From NCBI GenBank assembly GCA_964475905.1, contig CAYYXX010000002.1, positions 1 through 47,533 on the forward strand: a stretch of DNA of 47,533 nt. The letters run 5' to 3'. The notes under the pieces are model-generated. The model was not told the origin of the DNA. It worked only from the letters and a program-made list of their open reading frames with translations, and ran no database searches. A program made the position numbers and the translations under genes. The stretch comes from an uncultured Clostridium sp. Lineage in GTDB: Bacteria > Bacillota_I > Bacilli_A > RF39 > UBA660. This document shows positions 8,096 through 18,109 of the stretch, piece after piece. The first letter of the stretch is position 1, and each line of letters opens with the position of its first letter.

Positions 8096-9586
8096 ATGGG
8101 TTTTGGTGTTATTATTTTTGCAATTGTTTTTGCTTTTTTGCTATTTTATTTGGTTTTTAGTAGTGATGGGGTAAATGAACCTAAAACTTTATATACTGTT
8201 TATTTGGATGGTAGAAGTGTTGGTAATCTTCTTTCTAAAGAAAGCTTTGAGTCTTTTATTAATACTAAAGAGGAAGAACTTAAGAAAAAGTATGGTACTG
8301 ATACGGTGTATACTCCTAAGGGTGTTGAGATTAAGAGGAATTTTACTTATAATACTACTATTAGTAGTAATGAGGAAATTTATAATGAGATTATTAGTAA
8401 TAAGAAATTTACTGTTTCTGGTTATGAAATTAAGATTACTAATCGTAATGATAAAGATGATGTTGATACTATATATGTTTTATCTAAGGATATCTTTGAT
8501 GTTGCTATTGATGCTACTATAAGGGCTTTTGTTGATGAGGAGAAGTATGAAAAGTTTTTATCTGGTACTCAGGAAGAGGTTAAGGATGTTGGTAGTATGA
8601 TTGAGAATATTGATATTGATGAAGATATTACTTATAGGGAGACTTTGATTGCTACTGATGAAAAAATATTTGTTGATAGTGATGAGCTTAGTAAGTATTT
8701 GCTTTATGGTACTTTAGATGAGCAGGAAACTTATGTTGTTAAGGCTGATGATAGTATTGAATCTATTGCTAATAGTCATAAGCTTAATGTTCAGGAATTT
8801 TTGATTGCTAATCCTAGTTTTACTAGTGCTAATAATTTACTTTATGAGAATCAAAAGGTTAATGTTGGGCTTATTAATCCTATTATTTCTGTTGTTGTTG
8901 ATGTACATAGTGTTGGGGAAGAGGAGAGAGATTATGATACGGAAATTCAGTATGATTCTTCTCAGTATGTTGGATATCAAGAGGTTTTGCGAGATGGTGA
9001 AAATGGTTTATATAAGGTTACTAGAAAGAGTCAGTATATTAATGGACAACTTACTTCTGGTACTGTTACTAATTCTACAGAGATTAAGCCTTCTGTTAGT
9101 AGGATTATTGTTAAGGGAGAAAAATATGCTCCTAATGTTGCAGATTTGAGTTATTGGGCTTGGCCTACTGATAAGCCTTATACTATTACTTCTTATTATG
9201 AATATCGTTGGGGTTCTTTCCATAATGCTATTGATATTTATGTTGGTTATGGGTCTTCTATTTATGCTTCAAATAATGGTGTTGTTTATAAGATTGGTAC
9301 TGGTTGTACTCCTGGTTATCTTGCTTGTAATGGAAGACAGGGTAATTATGTTCTTATTAATCATAATGCTGGTGGGTATTATACTATTTATATGCACATG
9401 AAGGATATTTTGGTATCTGAGGGTCAAACGGTTGCTAGAGGACAAAAAATTGGTACTATGGGAAATTCTGGAGAGGTTTATCCTGTACCGTCTTCTTCTA
9501 ATCCTTATGGTGGTACTCATTTACATTTTGGTGTAAGAATTGGTGGTCCTTATGGATATACAATTAATCCTCTAAATTTATTTTGA
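8096..9586 (+). CDS. Membrane-anchored M23 metallopeptidase with LysM and G5 domains (peptidoglycan hydrolase)
   Basis: Track ORF 7922-9586. The first 58 codons overlap dnaB and are an artefact. The start is uncertain (ATG 8066, GTG 8078 or ATG 8096). Features: TM helix GFGVIIFAIVFAFLLFYLVF; LysM YVVKADDSIESIANSHKLNVQEFL; G5-like ...LRDGENGLYKVTRKSQYINGQ...; M23 motifs HNAIDI ... GNSGE ... THLHFGV. Confidence 0.85.
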   Translation: MGFGVIIFAIVFAFLLFYLVFSSDGVNEPKTLYTVYLDGRSVGNLLSKESFESFINTKEEELKKKYGTDTVYTPKGVEIKRNFTYNTTISSNEEIYNEIISNKKFTVSGYEIKITNRNDKDDVDTIYVLSKDIFDVAIDATIRAFVDEEKYEKFLSGTQEEVKDVGSMIENIDIDEDITYRETLIATDEKIFVDSDELSKYLLYGTLDEQETYVVKADDSIESIANSHKLNVQEFLIANPSFTSANNLLYENQKVNVGLINPIISVVVDVHSVGEEERDYDTEIQYDSSQYVGYQEVLRDGENGLYKVTRKSQYINGQLTSGTVTNSTEIKPSVSRIIVKGEKYAPNVADLSYWAWPTDKPYTITSYYEYRWGSFHNAIDIYVGYGSSIYASNNGVVYKIGTGCTPGYLACNGRQGNYVLINHNAGGYYTIYMHMKDILVSEGQTVARGQKIGTMGNSGEVYPVPSSSNPYGGTHLHFGVRIGGPYGYTINPLNLF

Positions 9587-10341
9587 TGAGAGTTTGTGTT
9601 TTATCTTCTGGTAGTAGGGGTAATACCACTTATATTGAGAGTGAGAATGCTAAGATTTTAATTGATGTTGGTAATAGTGCTAAGTATGTAAAGGAAAAGT
9701 TAGAGGAGATTGGCACTTTACCTGAGGAGATTGATGCTGTACTTATTACTCATACACATAGTGATCATGTTAAGGGTCTTAAAACTTTTGCTAAGAAATA
9801 TGGTATTTCTATTTATGTTACGGATATTATGCTTGATAGTTTGGATTATTTGGATAATTATACTATTTTGAATGATGATTTTGATATTAAGGATATTCAT
9901 GTTACTTCTATTAGGACATCTCATGATGCTCCTGATTCTAGGGGGTATGTTATATCTAGTTGTAATAAGTCTGTTGTATATATTACGGATACGGGATATA
10001 TTAATAGTAGGTATTTTGATATTTTGAAGAATAGAGATTTGTATATTATGGAATCTAATCATGATGTTGAGATGCTTAATAATGGTAGTTATCCTTTTCA
10101 ACTTAGGCAAAGAATTCTTTCTGATAAGGGACATTTGTCTAATTATGATTCTGCTAAATATTTGTCTTCTTTTGTTGGAAGTAATACTAAGTGTATTATG
10201 TTGGCTCATTTATCTGAGGATAATAATACGGAAGATCTTGCTTATGATACTCTTGTTAAGAGGCTTAATGATAGTGATATACATATAGATAAAATAATTA
10301 TTGCTAAGCAGAATAAGGAAACGGAGATTGTTAATGTATGA
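9586..10341 (+). CDS. yycJ: MBL-fold metallo-hydrolase, YycJ/WalJ-like
   Basis: HTHSDH motif, N-terminal VLSSGSRGNTTYIE, and a position next to rlmH. Its ATG overlaps the peptidase TGA (ATGA). Confidence 0.8.
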   Translation: MRVCVLSSGSRGNTTYIESENAKILIDVGNSAKYVKEKLEEIGTLPEEIDAVLITHTHSDHVKGLKTFAKKYGISIYVTDIMLDSLDYLDNYTILNDDFDIKDIHVTSIRTSHDAPDSRGYVISSCNKSVVYITDTGYINSRYFDILKNRDLYIMESNHDVEMLNNGSYPFQLRQRILSDKGHLSNYDSAKYLSSFVGSNTKCIMLAHLSEDNNTEDLAYDTLVKRLNDSDIHIDKIIIAKQNKETEIVNV

Positions 10342-10772
10342 TAAAAATTATATGTGTTGGAAAGGTTAAGGAGAGCTATTTGCGGGAGGCTATTTCTGAT
10401 TATGAGAAGCGAATTAGTAAATATCATAGACTTGATTTGATTTATGTACCTGATTCTAATATGAAAGATGAAGCTAAAAAGATCTTTCAATATATTAAGA
10501 GTGATGATTATGTTATTACTATGGATATTTGTGGTACTGAGTTATCATCTGTAGAATTTGCTAATATGATTGATAAACTTTTTATTACTAATTCGAATAT
10601 TGTTTTTGTTATTGGTGGTTCTGATGGAATTGATGTTAGTGTTAAGGAAAGAAGTAATTATGCTTTATCTTTTTCTAAACTTACTTTTCCTCATCAGTTA
10701 TTTAGGGTTTTGCTTTTAGAACAAATATATAGAAGTTTTAAAATTATGAATAATGAAACTTATCATAAATAG
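10338..10772 (+). CDS. rlmH: 23S rRNA (pseudouridine1915-N3)-methyltransferase RlmH
   Basis: 144 aa, SPOUT/YbeA family: MIKIICVGKVKESYLREAISDYEKRI ... FVIGGSDGI ... LSFSKLTFPHQL. Confidence 0.85.
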   Translation: MIKIICVGKVKESYLREAISDYEKRISKYHRLDLIYVPDSNMKDEAKKIFQYIKSDDYVITMDICGTELSSVEFANMIDKLFITNSNIVFVIGGSDGIDVSVKERSNYALSFSKLTFPHQLFRVLLLEQIYRSFKIMNNETYHK

Positions 10773-10804
10773 AATCATTTTGTTGTTGATTCTATTTTTT
10801 TTTT
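10770..10804 (+). terminator. Rho-independent terminator after rlmH
   Basis: Stem TAGAATCA / TGATTCTA with a 9-nt loop, followed by a T10 run. Confidence 0.75.
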
Positions 10805-10834
10805 GTGGTAAACTTTATTAGTAGGAGGAATTTT

Positions 10835-11230
10835 ATGTATTGTACTAATTGTGGAAATAAAGTAGATGATAAGGCTTATGTTTGTGTTAATTGTGGGGTT
10901 ATTTTAAAAAATAGGAGTGATAGTATTAGAAAAAAAGTAAAGGGTAATAATAATTTTGTTGGTGTTGTTAGTTTACTTTTGGGAATTACTGCTGTTACAT
11001 CTTCTTTTTCACTTTTTTTGAATGATATTAGTAAAGTTGGAATGTATACTGAACTTTATGAGAGGGTGGTTTATGGAGTTGGTTTTGCTAGTATTTCTAT
11101 CTTTCTTACGGTTATTTCTTTGATTTTTGCCCTAGTTAAAAAGAGTAGATTAAATAGTGTGGGACTTGTTTTGACTTTGATTTCAGTATTTCTTATTTTG
11201 TCTGAAATTTTGGTTATTGTTATTTATTAA
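10835..11230 (+). CDS. Zinc-ribbon domain membrane protein
   Basis: Met11 of the track ORF is preceded by AGGAGG. CTNCG...CVNCG zinc ribbon followed by hydrophobic helices. Confidence 0.6.
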   Translation: MYCTNCGNKVDDKAYVCVNCGVILKNRSDSIRKKVKGNNNFVGVVSLLLGITAVTSSFSLFLNDISKVGMYTELYERVVYGVGFASISIFLTVISLIFALVKKSRLNSVGLVLTLISVFLILSEILVIVIY

Positions 11231-11231
11231 T

Positions 11232-12029
11232 ATGGATGATTTTAATTATAAGAGAAGTTTGGGGCAGAACTTTTTAGTTGATGATAGTGTTGTTAGTGAT
11301 ATTGCTAATTCTATTGATTATAAAGAAAATAGTATGGTTGTTGAGATAGGACCCGGAAGTGGAAATTTGACTAAGAAATTACTTGATAGAGTTGATTTTG
11401 CTCTTTTATATGAAGTTGATAGTAGGCTTAAGGGAGTTCTTAAGAGAGAGTTAATGAATTATAGTAATTATGATATTATATGGGATGATTTTTTATCTAG
11501 GGATATTAATGAAGATCTTTCTAAATATAATTATGATAATGTTTATGTTGTGGCTAATTTGCCTTATTATATTACGACTCCTATTATAAGTAAGTTTATT
11601 CTTGAGATGTCTTCGGCTTTAGAAATTGTTATTATGGTACAAAAAGAGGTTGCTGATAGACTTACTGCTTTAGTTGGTACTAGGGATTATGGTCAACTTA
11701 CAGTGTTTATTAATTATTATTTTGAGGTAGAAAAAATATTTGAAGTTAATAGGAAATCTTTTTATCCTTCTCCTAATGTGGATTCTGCTGTTATTAGAAT
11801 GGTTAGAAGAAGTAATTTGGATGAACTTGTTTCTTTTGAACATTTTGAGAGGCTTGTTCGGGATGCTTTTCAATTTAAGAGAAAGACAATTAAGAATAAT
11901 TTAATTAATAAGTATGATATGGATATTGTTTCTACTGTTCTTTTGAGGAATGGTCTTAATGTTAGTATGAGAAGTGAAAATGTGCCTTATTATGTATTTG
12001 TAGAGTTATCTAATGAGTTATGTAGATAA
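11232..12029 (+). CDS. rsmA: 16S rRNA (adenine1518/1519-N6)-dimethyltransferase
   Basis: Motifs LGQNFL, VEIGPGSGNLT and ANLPYYITTPI. The start is taken at Met6 of the track ORF. Confidence 0.9.
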   Translation: MDDFNYKRSLGQNFLVDDSVVSDIANSIDYKENSMVVEIGPGSGNLTKKLLDRVDFALLYEVDSRLKGVLKRELMNYSNYDIIWDDFLSRDINEDLSKYNYDNVYVVANLPYYITTPIISKFILEMSSALEIVIMVQKEVADRLTALVGTRDYGQLTVFINYYFEVEKIFEVNRKSFYPSPNVDSAVIRMVRRSNLDELVSFEHFERLVRDAFQFKRKTIKNNLINKYDMDIVSTVLLRNGLNVSMRSENVPYYVFVELSNELCR

Positions 12030-12080
12030 CTTTTTTTCATTTTTTTGGTTATTTTTCATATTATTATATGGGTGAATGAT

Positions 12081-12842
12081 ATGTTTGAAATTGGTGATTT
12101 GGTTACTAGGAAGTCTTATGATAATGATATTGTTTTTAAAATTATTAAAATAGAGGGTAATGTTTATTTTTTGAAAGGGGTTGTTGTTCGGTTATTTGCG
12201 GATAGTCCTGTTGAGGATCTTAGGATTTATAATTCTACTTCAATTGATGATTTTATTCCTGATATTGATGGATATAGAGATTTGGAAAGAAATGAATATT
12301 TTTATTTGCCCGGAAGGATACTTCATATTGATGGGGATAAAGAGTATTTAGATAGGTGTATGGAGTTTTATAGAAAGAATAGACTTAAGGCGTTTGGTGT
12401 TTATGCTGATGATGATTCTTTGATTTCTTCTGTTAAGAATAATTTGAAGAAGTATAATCCGGATATTTTGGTTATTACTGGACATGATGCTTATTATCGT
12501 AAGAAGAGGATTAATGATAATTATATGAATACTAGTAAATTTGTTTTAGCAGTTAAGGAAGCTAGAAAGTATGAGAGTTCACATGATAAGCTTTTTATTG
12601 TTGCGGGTGCTTGTCAGTCTAATTATGAAGAACTTATTAAAGCTGGGGCAAATTTTGCTTCTAGTCCTAAGAGAATTAATATTCATGCTCTTGATCCTGC
12701 TATTGTAGCGGCTTCTTTGGCTTTTTCAAGTAAGAATAATGATATTGATTTGATTAAGATTCTTGATAAAACTAAATATGGTTCTGATGGAATAGGGGGG
12801 ATTATTACAAAGGGTACTATGTATGTTGGGTATCCTAGATAA
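12081..12842 (+). CDS. yabG: Sporulation-specific protease YabG
   Basis: MFEIGDLVTRKS..., PGRILHIDGDKEYLDRCMEFY, VITGHDA. The rsmA-yabG-veg order is conserved as in Bacillus. The start is Met13 with GGGTGA upstream. Confidence 0.8.
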   Translation: MFEIGDLVTRKSYDNDIVFKIIKIEGNVYFLKGVVVRLFADSPVEDLRIYNSTSIDDFIPDIDGYRDLERNEYFYLPGRILHIDGDKEYLDRCMEFYRKNRLKAFGVYADDDSLISSVKNNLKKYNPDILVITGHDAYYRKKRINDNYMNTSKFVLAVKEARKYESSHDKLFIVAGACQSNYEELIKAGANFASSPKRINIHALDPAIVAASLAFSSKNNDIDLIKILDKTKYGSDGIGGIITKGTMYVGYPR

Positions 12843-12844
12843 TT

Positions 12845-13066
12845 ATGACTATTGAAAAAATTAAGAATAATATTGATAGTAGGCTTGGTAATAATGTAAG
12901 AGTTATTTATAATGGTAGTAGGAATAGAAAAGAAGAATACTCTGGGGTTATTTCTGAGACTTATAATTATATTTTTATTATTAAAACTAGTGGGGATGAG
13001 GTTAAAAGCTTTAGTTATAGAGATGTTTTAACTAATACTATTGAACTTTTTTTTGAGAAATTGTAA
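12845..13066 (+). CDS. veg: Veg family protein
   Basis: 73 aa. The pattern IKNNIDSRLGNNVRVIYNGSRNRKEEYSGVISETYNYIFII parallels B. subtilis Veg, and the synteny fits. Confidence 0.75.
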   Translation: MTIEKIKNNIDSRLGNNVRVIYNGSRNRKEEYSGVISETYNYIFIIKTSGDEVKSFSYRDVLTNTIELFFEKL

Positions 13067-13148
13067 TTTTTTTTAAAAATATCTTGCTTTTCTTTTATAA
13101 ATAATATACAATGTAGTTAGAAAGTATTTTCTAGAAGGAGTTGATTAC

Positions 13149-13412
13149 ATGGAGTTAAAACTTGACAAATTGGTCAAAATTGAAAAAAAAGAAAATTCTA
13201 AAATGAGAGGAATTGCTAAAGTTCTAATTGATGGTTGCTTTTTAGTTGAGGATATTAGAATTTTAGAGGGTGATGATGGTTTATTTATTGCTATGCCTAG
13301 CAAGACACTTCCAGATGGAAGTCATAGGGATACTGCTCATCCAATTAATAAGGAAACAAGAAAATTATTTGAAGATTTAATTCTTGAAGAATATAATAAG
13401 ACTGAAGAATAA
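13149..13412 (+). CDS. spoVG: Septation protein SpoVG
   Basis: ...GIAKVLIDGCFLVEDIRILEGDDGLFIAMPSKTLPDGSHRDTAHPINKETR... Confidence 0.9.
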   Translation: MELKLDKLVKIEKKENSKMRGIAKVLIDGCFLVEDIRILEGDDGLFIAMPSKTLPDGSHRDTAHPINKETRKLFEDLILEEYNKTEE

Positions 13413-13413
13413 G

Positions 13414-13436
13414 AACTACATTGTGTAGTTTTTTTC
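13414..13436 (+). terminator. Rho-independent terminator after spoVG
   Basis: Stem AACTACA / TGTAGTT with a 3-nt loop, followed by a T run. Confidence 0.6.
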
Positions 13437-13479
13437 ATATTATTTTATTTTTTTCATATTATTGTTTAGGAGGAATGGT

Positions 13480-13773
13480 ATGGATAAAGTAAAAGAGGTT
13501 GATAATGGTTTTAATCATGGTATTACTTTAGTAGAGAGAAAGAATATAGGAGTGAGTGGTGTTAAGAAAATTGAGAGTTTTGATAGTGAAGAATTTTTAA
13601 TGGAAACTACTCTTGGCTATTTGGTTATTAAGGGTAGTGAGCTTGAAATTGTTAAACTTGATACTTATCAAGGGAATGTTTCTATTAAGGGAAAAGTTGA
13701 TAGTATGGTTTATTTGGATGCTAGTGGTAAAAAGGATAATGATAATTCTTTACTTAATAAGTTGTTTAAATGA
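13480..13773 (+). CDS. yabP: Sporulation protein YabP
   Basis: Met7 of the track ORF follows AGGAGG. ...ITLVERKNIGVSGVKKIESFDSEEFLMETTLGYLVIKGSELEIVKLD... matches the YabP pattern. Confidence 0.8.
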   Translation: MDKVKEVDNGFNHGITLVERKNIGVSGVKKIESFDSEEFLMETTLGYLVIKGSELEIVKLDTYQGNVSIKGKVDSMVYLDASGKKDNDNSLLNKLFK

Positions 13774-14057
13774 AATTAGATATTCAGATTTTTTCACTTT
13801 TATTTTCTTTTTTATATGGAATTGTTTTTTATATATTGCTTGAGGTTAATTATAGGTTTTTATTTATTGGTAAGATAATTTATAGAATTATAATTTCTTT
13901 TTTGTTTGTTATGTTTATTTCTTTACTTTATTTTCTTATTTTACTTAGAATTAATAATGGTATTTTACATTTATATTTTTTTCTTGCTATGTTTACAGGT
14001 TATTTGTTATCTTTTGTCATATATCATAAATTGATTGTAAAATTTAAGAAGTTATGA
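13770..14057 (+). CDS. yabQ: Spore cortex biosynthesis protein YabQ
   Basis: 95-aa multi-TM protein. It overlaps the yabP stop by 4 nt, and the yabP-yabQ-divIC synteny fits. Confidence 0.65.
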   Translation: MKLDIQIFSLLFSFLYGIVFYILLEVNYRFLFIGKIIYRIIISFLFVMFISLLYFLILLRINNGILHLYFFLAMFTGYLLSFVIYHKLIVKFKKL

Positions 14058-14063
14058 TATAAT
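14035..14063 (+). promoter_or_regulatory. Sigma-A-type promoter inside the yabQ 3' end, upstream of divIC
   Basis: TTGTAA, 17-nt spacer, TATAAT, with TGa just upstream of the -10. Confidence 0.4.
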
Positions 14064-14085
14064 CTTGGGTGAGGATGTGAGGATT

Positions 14086-14394
14086 ATGACTAAGAAGATG
14101 AAAAAGAAGAAAAAGATTAGAATTAGATTGTTTTTGTTCTTTGTTGTATTTGGTTCTATTATTGGATCTCTTAGTTATAGTTTTTTTTCTAATGTTAGTA
14201 AAATTGTTCAAATAAAGAATGAAAAGCAAGAATTGAAAGATAAACTTGTTATTTTGAAAGATGAAGAGGATAAACTTAATGCTGATATTAAAAAGCTTGA
14301 AGATCCAGAGTATATTGCTAGATATGCTAGAGAGAAGTATATGTATTCTAAAGAGGGGGAACTTATTATTAGAATTCCTGAAGATGATAATTAA
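14086..14394 (+). CDS. divIC: Septum formation initiator DivIC/FtsB family
   Basis: Basic N-terminus, one TM helix, a coiled coil, then ...DPEYIARYAREKYMYSKEGELI.... The start is Met8 with GTGAGGA upstream. Confidence 0.75.
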   Translation: MTKKMKKKKKIRIRLFLFFVVFGSIIGSLSYSFFSNVSKIVQIKNEKQELKDKLVILKDEEDKLNADIKKLEDPEYIARYAREKYMYSKEGELIIRIPEDDN

Positions 14395-14424
14395 AAGAAG
14401 ATATTATTTATTTAATATCTTCTT
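14395..14424. terminator. Bidirectional terminator hairpin shared by divIC (+) and ftsH (-)
   Basis: Perfect 12-bp stem AAGAAGATATTA / TAATATCTTCTT with a 6-nt loop. The right arm lies inside the last ftsH codons. Confidence 0.6.
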
Positions 14425-16324
14425 TCCTTGATTTCTTTTTTTCTGTTTTTTTATTTTCTTTTTCTTCTTTAGAAGACTCTATTTCTTTCTTTGGCAAACA
14501 TTTGTGTTCTACTAGATAATCTATTTCTTCTTTTGTTATAGTTTCTTCTTCTAGTAGTGTATTAGCTATTAGTGCTAATAGATCTTTATTTTCTGTTATT
14601 ATATGTTTTGTCTTTTTGTAGCAGTCTTCTATTATTGAACGCATTTCTTCATCTATTTCATGTGCTACTGTATCTGAGATATTTCTATTTTTTGTGTAGT
14701 CTCTTCCTAAGAAAGTGTTTCCATCTGGTTCTTCTAGCATCATTGGTCCTAAAGAACTCATACCATATTCTGTTACCATACTTCTAGCTATTTTTGTTGC
14801 TTTTTTGAAGTCGTCATGAGCTCCTGTTGTTATTTCATTAAATGTTACTTCTTCTGCTACTCTTCCTCCTAATAGGCCACATATTGATTCTAGTAGTTCT
14901 TTTTTTGTATAATTAAATGATTCTTCTTTTGGAGTCATCATTGTGTATCCTCCGGCATGTCCTCTAGGAATAATAGTTATTTTTTGTACTTCGTTTGCAC
15001 CATCTAGTTTTAGTCCCATTACGGCATGTCCTGCTTCATGGTAAGCAACTAGTTTCTTTTCTTTATCTGTGTATTTTTTTGTTACTTTTGCTGGTCCCAT
15101 TAGTACTCTGTCTGTTGCTTCATCTATTTCGCTCATTGATATTGCTTTTTTATTTCTTCTTACTGCTAGTAGGGCAGCTTCATTTAGTAGGTTTTCTAGA
15201 TCAGCTCCTGAAAATCCCGGTGTTCTTTTTGCTAAATATTCTAGTGTAATATCTTTTTCTAATATTTTGTTTTTGGCATGAACTTTTAGTATTTCTATTC
15301 TAGCGTTTTTGTCTGGAAGACTTACTGTTACTTGTCTGTCAAATCTTCCCGGTCTTAGTAATGCTGGATCTAATACATCTGGTCTGTTTGTAGCCGCTAT
15401 GATGATTATTCCTTCATTAGCTCCAAATCCATCCATTTCTGTAAGTAATTGATTAAGTGTTTGTTCTCTTTCATCGTGGCCTCCACCTAATCCTGTACCT
15501 CTTTGTCTACCTACGGCATCTATTTCATCAATGAAGATTAGACATGGGGCATTCATTTTTGCTTGTTTAAACATATCTCTTACTCTTGATGCTCCTATTC
15601 CTACGAATAGTTCTACGAAATCTGAACCGCTTATGTAATAGAATGGTACTTTTGCTTCTCCTGCTACTGCACGAGCAAGTAGGGTTTTTCCGGTTCCTGG
15701 AGGGCCTACTAATAGAACTCCTTTTGGTATTCTAGCACCCATATTTGTAAATTTCTTTGGGTTTTTTAAGAAGTCTATTAATTCTTGTACTTCTTCTTTT
15801 TCTTCAGTTAATCCTGCTACATCTTTGAATGTTGCTTTACTTTCTTCAACTAGTTTAGCTCTTGATTTTCCGAAATCCATTGATTTTCCACCGCTACCTA
15901 ATTGTTTGGTGAATAACCATATGGTTACTCCTGCTAGTAGTATTATTGGCACTAATTCCATAATAGCGGCCATCCATGATGATGCTTCTGGGTCGTTTAC
16001 TACTGTTAGTTTAAAATCTCCTGTTTTTTCTTTTGCATCAGTTATTTTTGATATAAATTCTTCAGATTTTGGTATATATAATATAAAGCTTTCGTTATCT
16101 TTGTATTCTTCTAATTTTCCTGTTAATTTATATGTATCTGTTCTTACTTTTGGTGTTATTGTTAATTCTGTTACTTTTCCCCCGTTTAAGTTTTGTAAAA
16201 ATTCATCATAGGTTAATTCGTTGATTACATTATTAAAAATATTGAATGCTACTAGACAACCTATAAAGAATATTAGTAATAATACATAAGGTATTAATCC
16301 TTTTTTTATGTCTTTTTTATTCAT
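14408..16324 (-). CDS. ftsH: ATP-dependent zinc metalloprotease FtsH
   Basis: Walker A GPPGTGKT, the AAA second region of homology, and the zinc site HEAGHA. The start is taken at Met7 (ATG 16324), preceded by GAGAGGAAA. Confidence 0.97.
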   Translation of the reverse strand: MNKKDIKKGLIPYVLLLIFFIGCLVAFNIFNNVINELTYDEFLQNLNGGKVTELTITPKVRTDTYKLTGKLEEYKDNESFILYIPKSEEFISKITDAKEKTGDFKLTVVNDPEASSWMAAIMELVPIILLAGVTIWLFTKQLGSGGKSMDFGKSRAKLVEESKATFKDVAGLTEEKEEVQELIDFLKNPKKFTNMGARIPKGVLLVGPPGTGKTLLARAVAGEAKVPFYYISGSDFVELFVGIGASRVRDMFKQAKMNAPCLIFIDEIDAVGRQRGTGLGGGHDEREQTLNQLLTEMDGFGANEGIIIIAATNRPDVLDPALLRPGRFDRQVTVSLPDKNARIEILKVHAKNKILEKDITLEYLAKRTPGFSGADLENLLNEAALLAVRRNKKAISMSEIDEATDRVLMGPAKVTKKYTDKEKKLVAYHEAGHAVMGLKLDGANEVQKITIIPRGHAGGYTMMTPKEESFNYTKKELLESICGLLGGRVAEEVTFNEITTGAHDDFKKATKIARSMVTEYGMSSLGPMMLEEPDGNTFLGRDYTKNRNISDTVAHEIDEEMRSIIEDCYKKTKHIITENKDLLALIANTLLEEETITKEEIDYLVEHKCLPKKEIESSKEEKENKKTEKKKSRKEDIK

Positions 16325-17630
16325 AATTTTCCTCTCTTTCAATACACTTTATTATTATATCATAGTTTTCATTTTTTTTATAGCATAAATTACTTTTTTT
16401 TATATTTGGTATCCATAGTATTTGATTGTTACTATCTATTAGTAGTGGATAAGTATTTCTTTTTGTTATTGGTAATTTATTTTCTATGAATATTTCTTTT
16501 ATTTTTTTCTTGTTGTTACTATTTTTTAGTATTATGTAGTCGCCATTTTTTCTATTTCTTAGATATAGTGGGAATTTTATTTCTTTACTATTTAACCTAC
16601 AAATATTGTTTCCATCTTCATGGGTATTTTCTTCTAGCGTAAATACTATATTGTTTATTTGAATGTTATCTTTGAATTCTTTTTGGTAGTCTTTAGTAGA
16701 GGGGGTATTGTCTTTTATGTAAAGTTTATTATATTCTTTTACTAGTACTTTATTTTTGGGTAAATTTATGGTTAGATTTGGTTTGTTGTTATTTATTATT
16801 GATATTATGTTTTGAATATGCTTCTCTGTTATTATATTGCTTTCATTGTTATAAATATCATTTATTATGTAATATAGTATATTTTTTATTAGAAAGCTGT
16901 CTTCTTTATTTAATCTTTCTATATTTATAATGTTATTATGATATATATAGGGTAATTTCTTTTGTATTTCTCTATCTATATATTCATTATATTCTTGTAA
17001 GGTTTCTGAATATTTTAGGAATTTTAAATGAATATTTTTATCTTTTTCTTTTAATATTGGTAATACTTTATGTCTATACCAGTTTCTAGTATACTCGGTA
17101 TTTGCATTAGAACTATCAATATAATATGTGATATTATGTTTTTTATTATATTCTATTATTTCTTGTTTAGTATAAGGTAATAGTGGTCTTATTATTTCAT
17201 AGTTTTTTACTTTACTTATTTTTTTTATTCCTGCATATCCTTCTATGTTGGATATTCGTTCTATTTTCATTAGTATTGTTTCTATTAGATCATCTCCATG
17301 ATGTGCTAAGAATAGTTTATTTGTATTATATTTTTTTAGTATTTCTTCATAATATTTATATCTTATTTTTCTTGCTTCGTTTTCAAAGTTGTTTTCTTTA
17401 TATTCTTTAATGGTCATTGATTCAAATATTAGATTGTGTTTTTGGCAATAGTCTTTTAAATAGTTTTCTTCTATGATGCTTTCTTTTCTTATATTGTGGT
17501 TAATGTGGCATACTATTATTTTTTTTGTTTCTTTTTCTAATATGTTTAGTAGACACATTGAGTCAGGACCAGCGGATACTCCTACTACGACATAGTTATT
17601 AAAATTTATGTCTTTTAATATTTGATTCAT
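16317..17630 (-). CDS. tilS: tRNA(Ile)-lysidine synthetase
   Basis: PP-loop VGVSAGPDSMCLL. The start is Met7 (ATG 17630), preceded by AAGGAGGAAAT. Its 3' end overlaps the ftsH start by 8 nt. Confidence 0.9.
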   Translation of the reverse strand: MNQILKDINFNNYVVVGVSAGPDSMCLLNILEKETKKIIVCHINHNIRKESIIEENYLKDYCQKHNLIFESMTIKEYKENNFENEARKIRYKYYEEILKKYNTNKLFLAHHGDDLIETILMKIERISNIEGYAGIKKISKVKNYEIIRPLLPYTKQEIIEYNKKHNITYYIDSSNANTEYTRNWYRHKVLPILKEKDKNIHLKFLKYSETLQEYNEYIDREIQKKLPYIYHNNIINIERLNKEDSFLIKNILYYIINDIYNNESNIITEKHIQNIISIINNNKPNLTINLPKNKVLVKEYNKLYIKDNTPSTKDYQKEFKDNIQINNIVFTLEENTHEDGNNICRLNSKEIKFPLYLRNRKNGDYIILKNSNNKKKIKEIFIENKLPITKRNTYPLLIDSNNQILWIPNIKKSNLCYKKNENYDIIIKCIEREENYE

Positions 17631-17687
17631 ATTTCCTCCTTCAAGCATATATTATATCAGAAATCTTCTTTTTTTTGAACATATGTT

Positions 17688-17716
17688 TTGACTTTTATTT
17701 TACTTTGTTATATAAT
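17688..17716 (+). promoter_or_regulatory. Near-consensus sigma-A promoter for the 17741 gene
   Basis: TTGACT, 17-nt spacer, TATAAT. Confidence 0.5.
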
Positions 17717-17740
17717 TTTATCTTGTGAGGAGGAAAATTG

Positions 17741-18103
17741 ATGGAAACTGGGGATAAGATGGTGTCATTTATTTCATTTTTATCGGGATTTTTTCTTGTT
17801 AAGGATAATGGTACTTATGGTGAACTTTCTTATTTGATTAATGATTTTACTAATAAATATAATATTTATATTGATGATGATAATGATGATTTTAGTGTTT
17901 ATAATTCAGTTTTTCTTTTTAATAATGATGGTGTGTCGTTGAAGCATGATTATGAGGCTTCTATTGAAGTTGATAATAATTATGTTAAGGTTAGGAATTT
18001 TTTATATAATAATACTACTAGTGAAGTTCGGGAATATTTTGGTATTCCTAATAAAAAGAGATTTGGATTCTTAAAAGTTAAAAATAAAACTAAAGTTTCT
18101 TAG
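17741..18103 (+). CDS. Hypothetical protein
   Basis: 120 aa. GAGGAGGAAAA upstream and a strong promoter. No family recognised. Confidence 0.5.
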   Translation: METGDKMVSFISFLSGFFLVKDNGTYGELSYLINDFTNKYNIYIDDDNDDFSVYNSVFLFNNDGVSLKHDYEASIEVDNNYVKVRNFLYNNTTSEVREYFGIPNKKRFGFLKVKNKTKVS

Positions 18104-18109
18104 TGAACT

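Noticed and set aside
13435-13463. Tandem duplication of TTTTTCATATTATT (13431-13444 and 13450-13463) upstream of yabP, which can be read as a sigma-E promoter TCATATT-13-CATATTAT.
   Set aside because: With the second copy as the -10, transcription would start on top of the yabP SD (13468-13473). With the first copy as the -10, the -35 would fall in the spoVG terminator stem and match poorly. I keep it only as a short tandem repeat.
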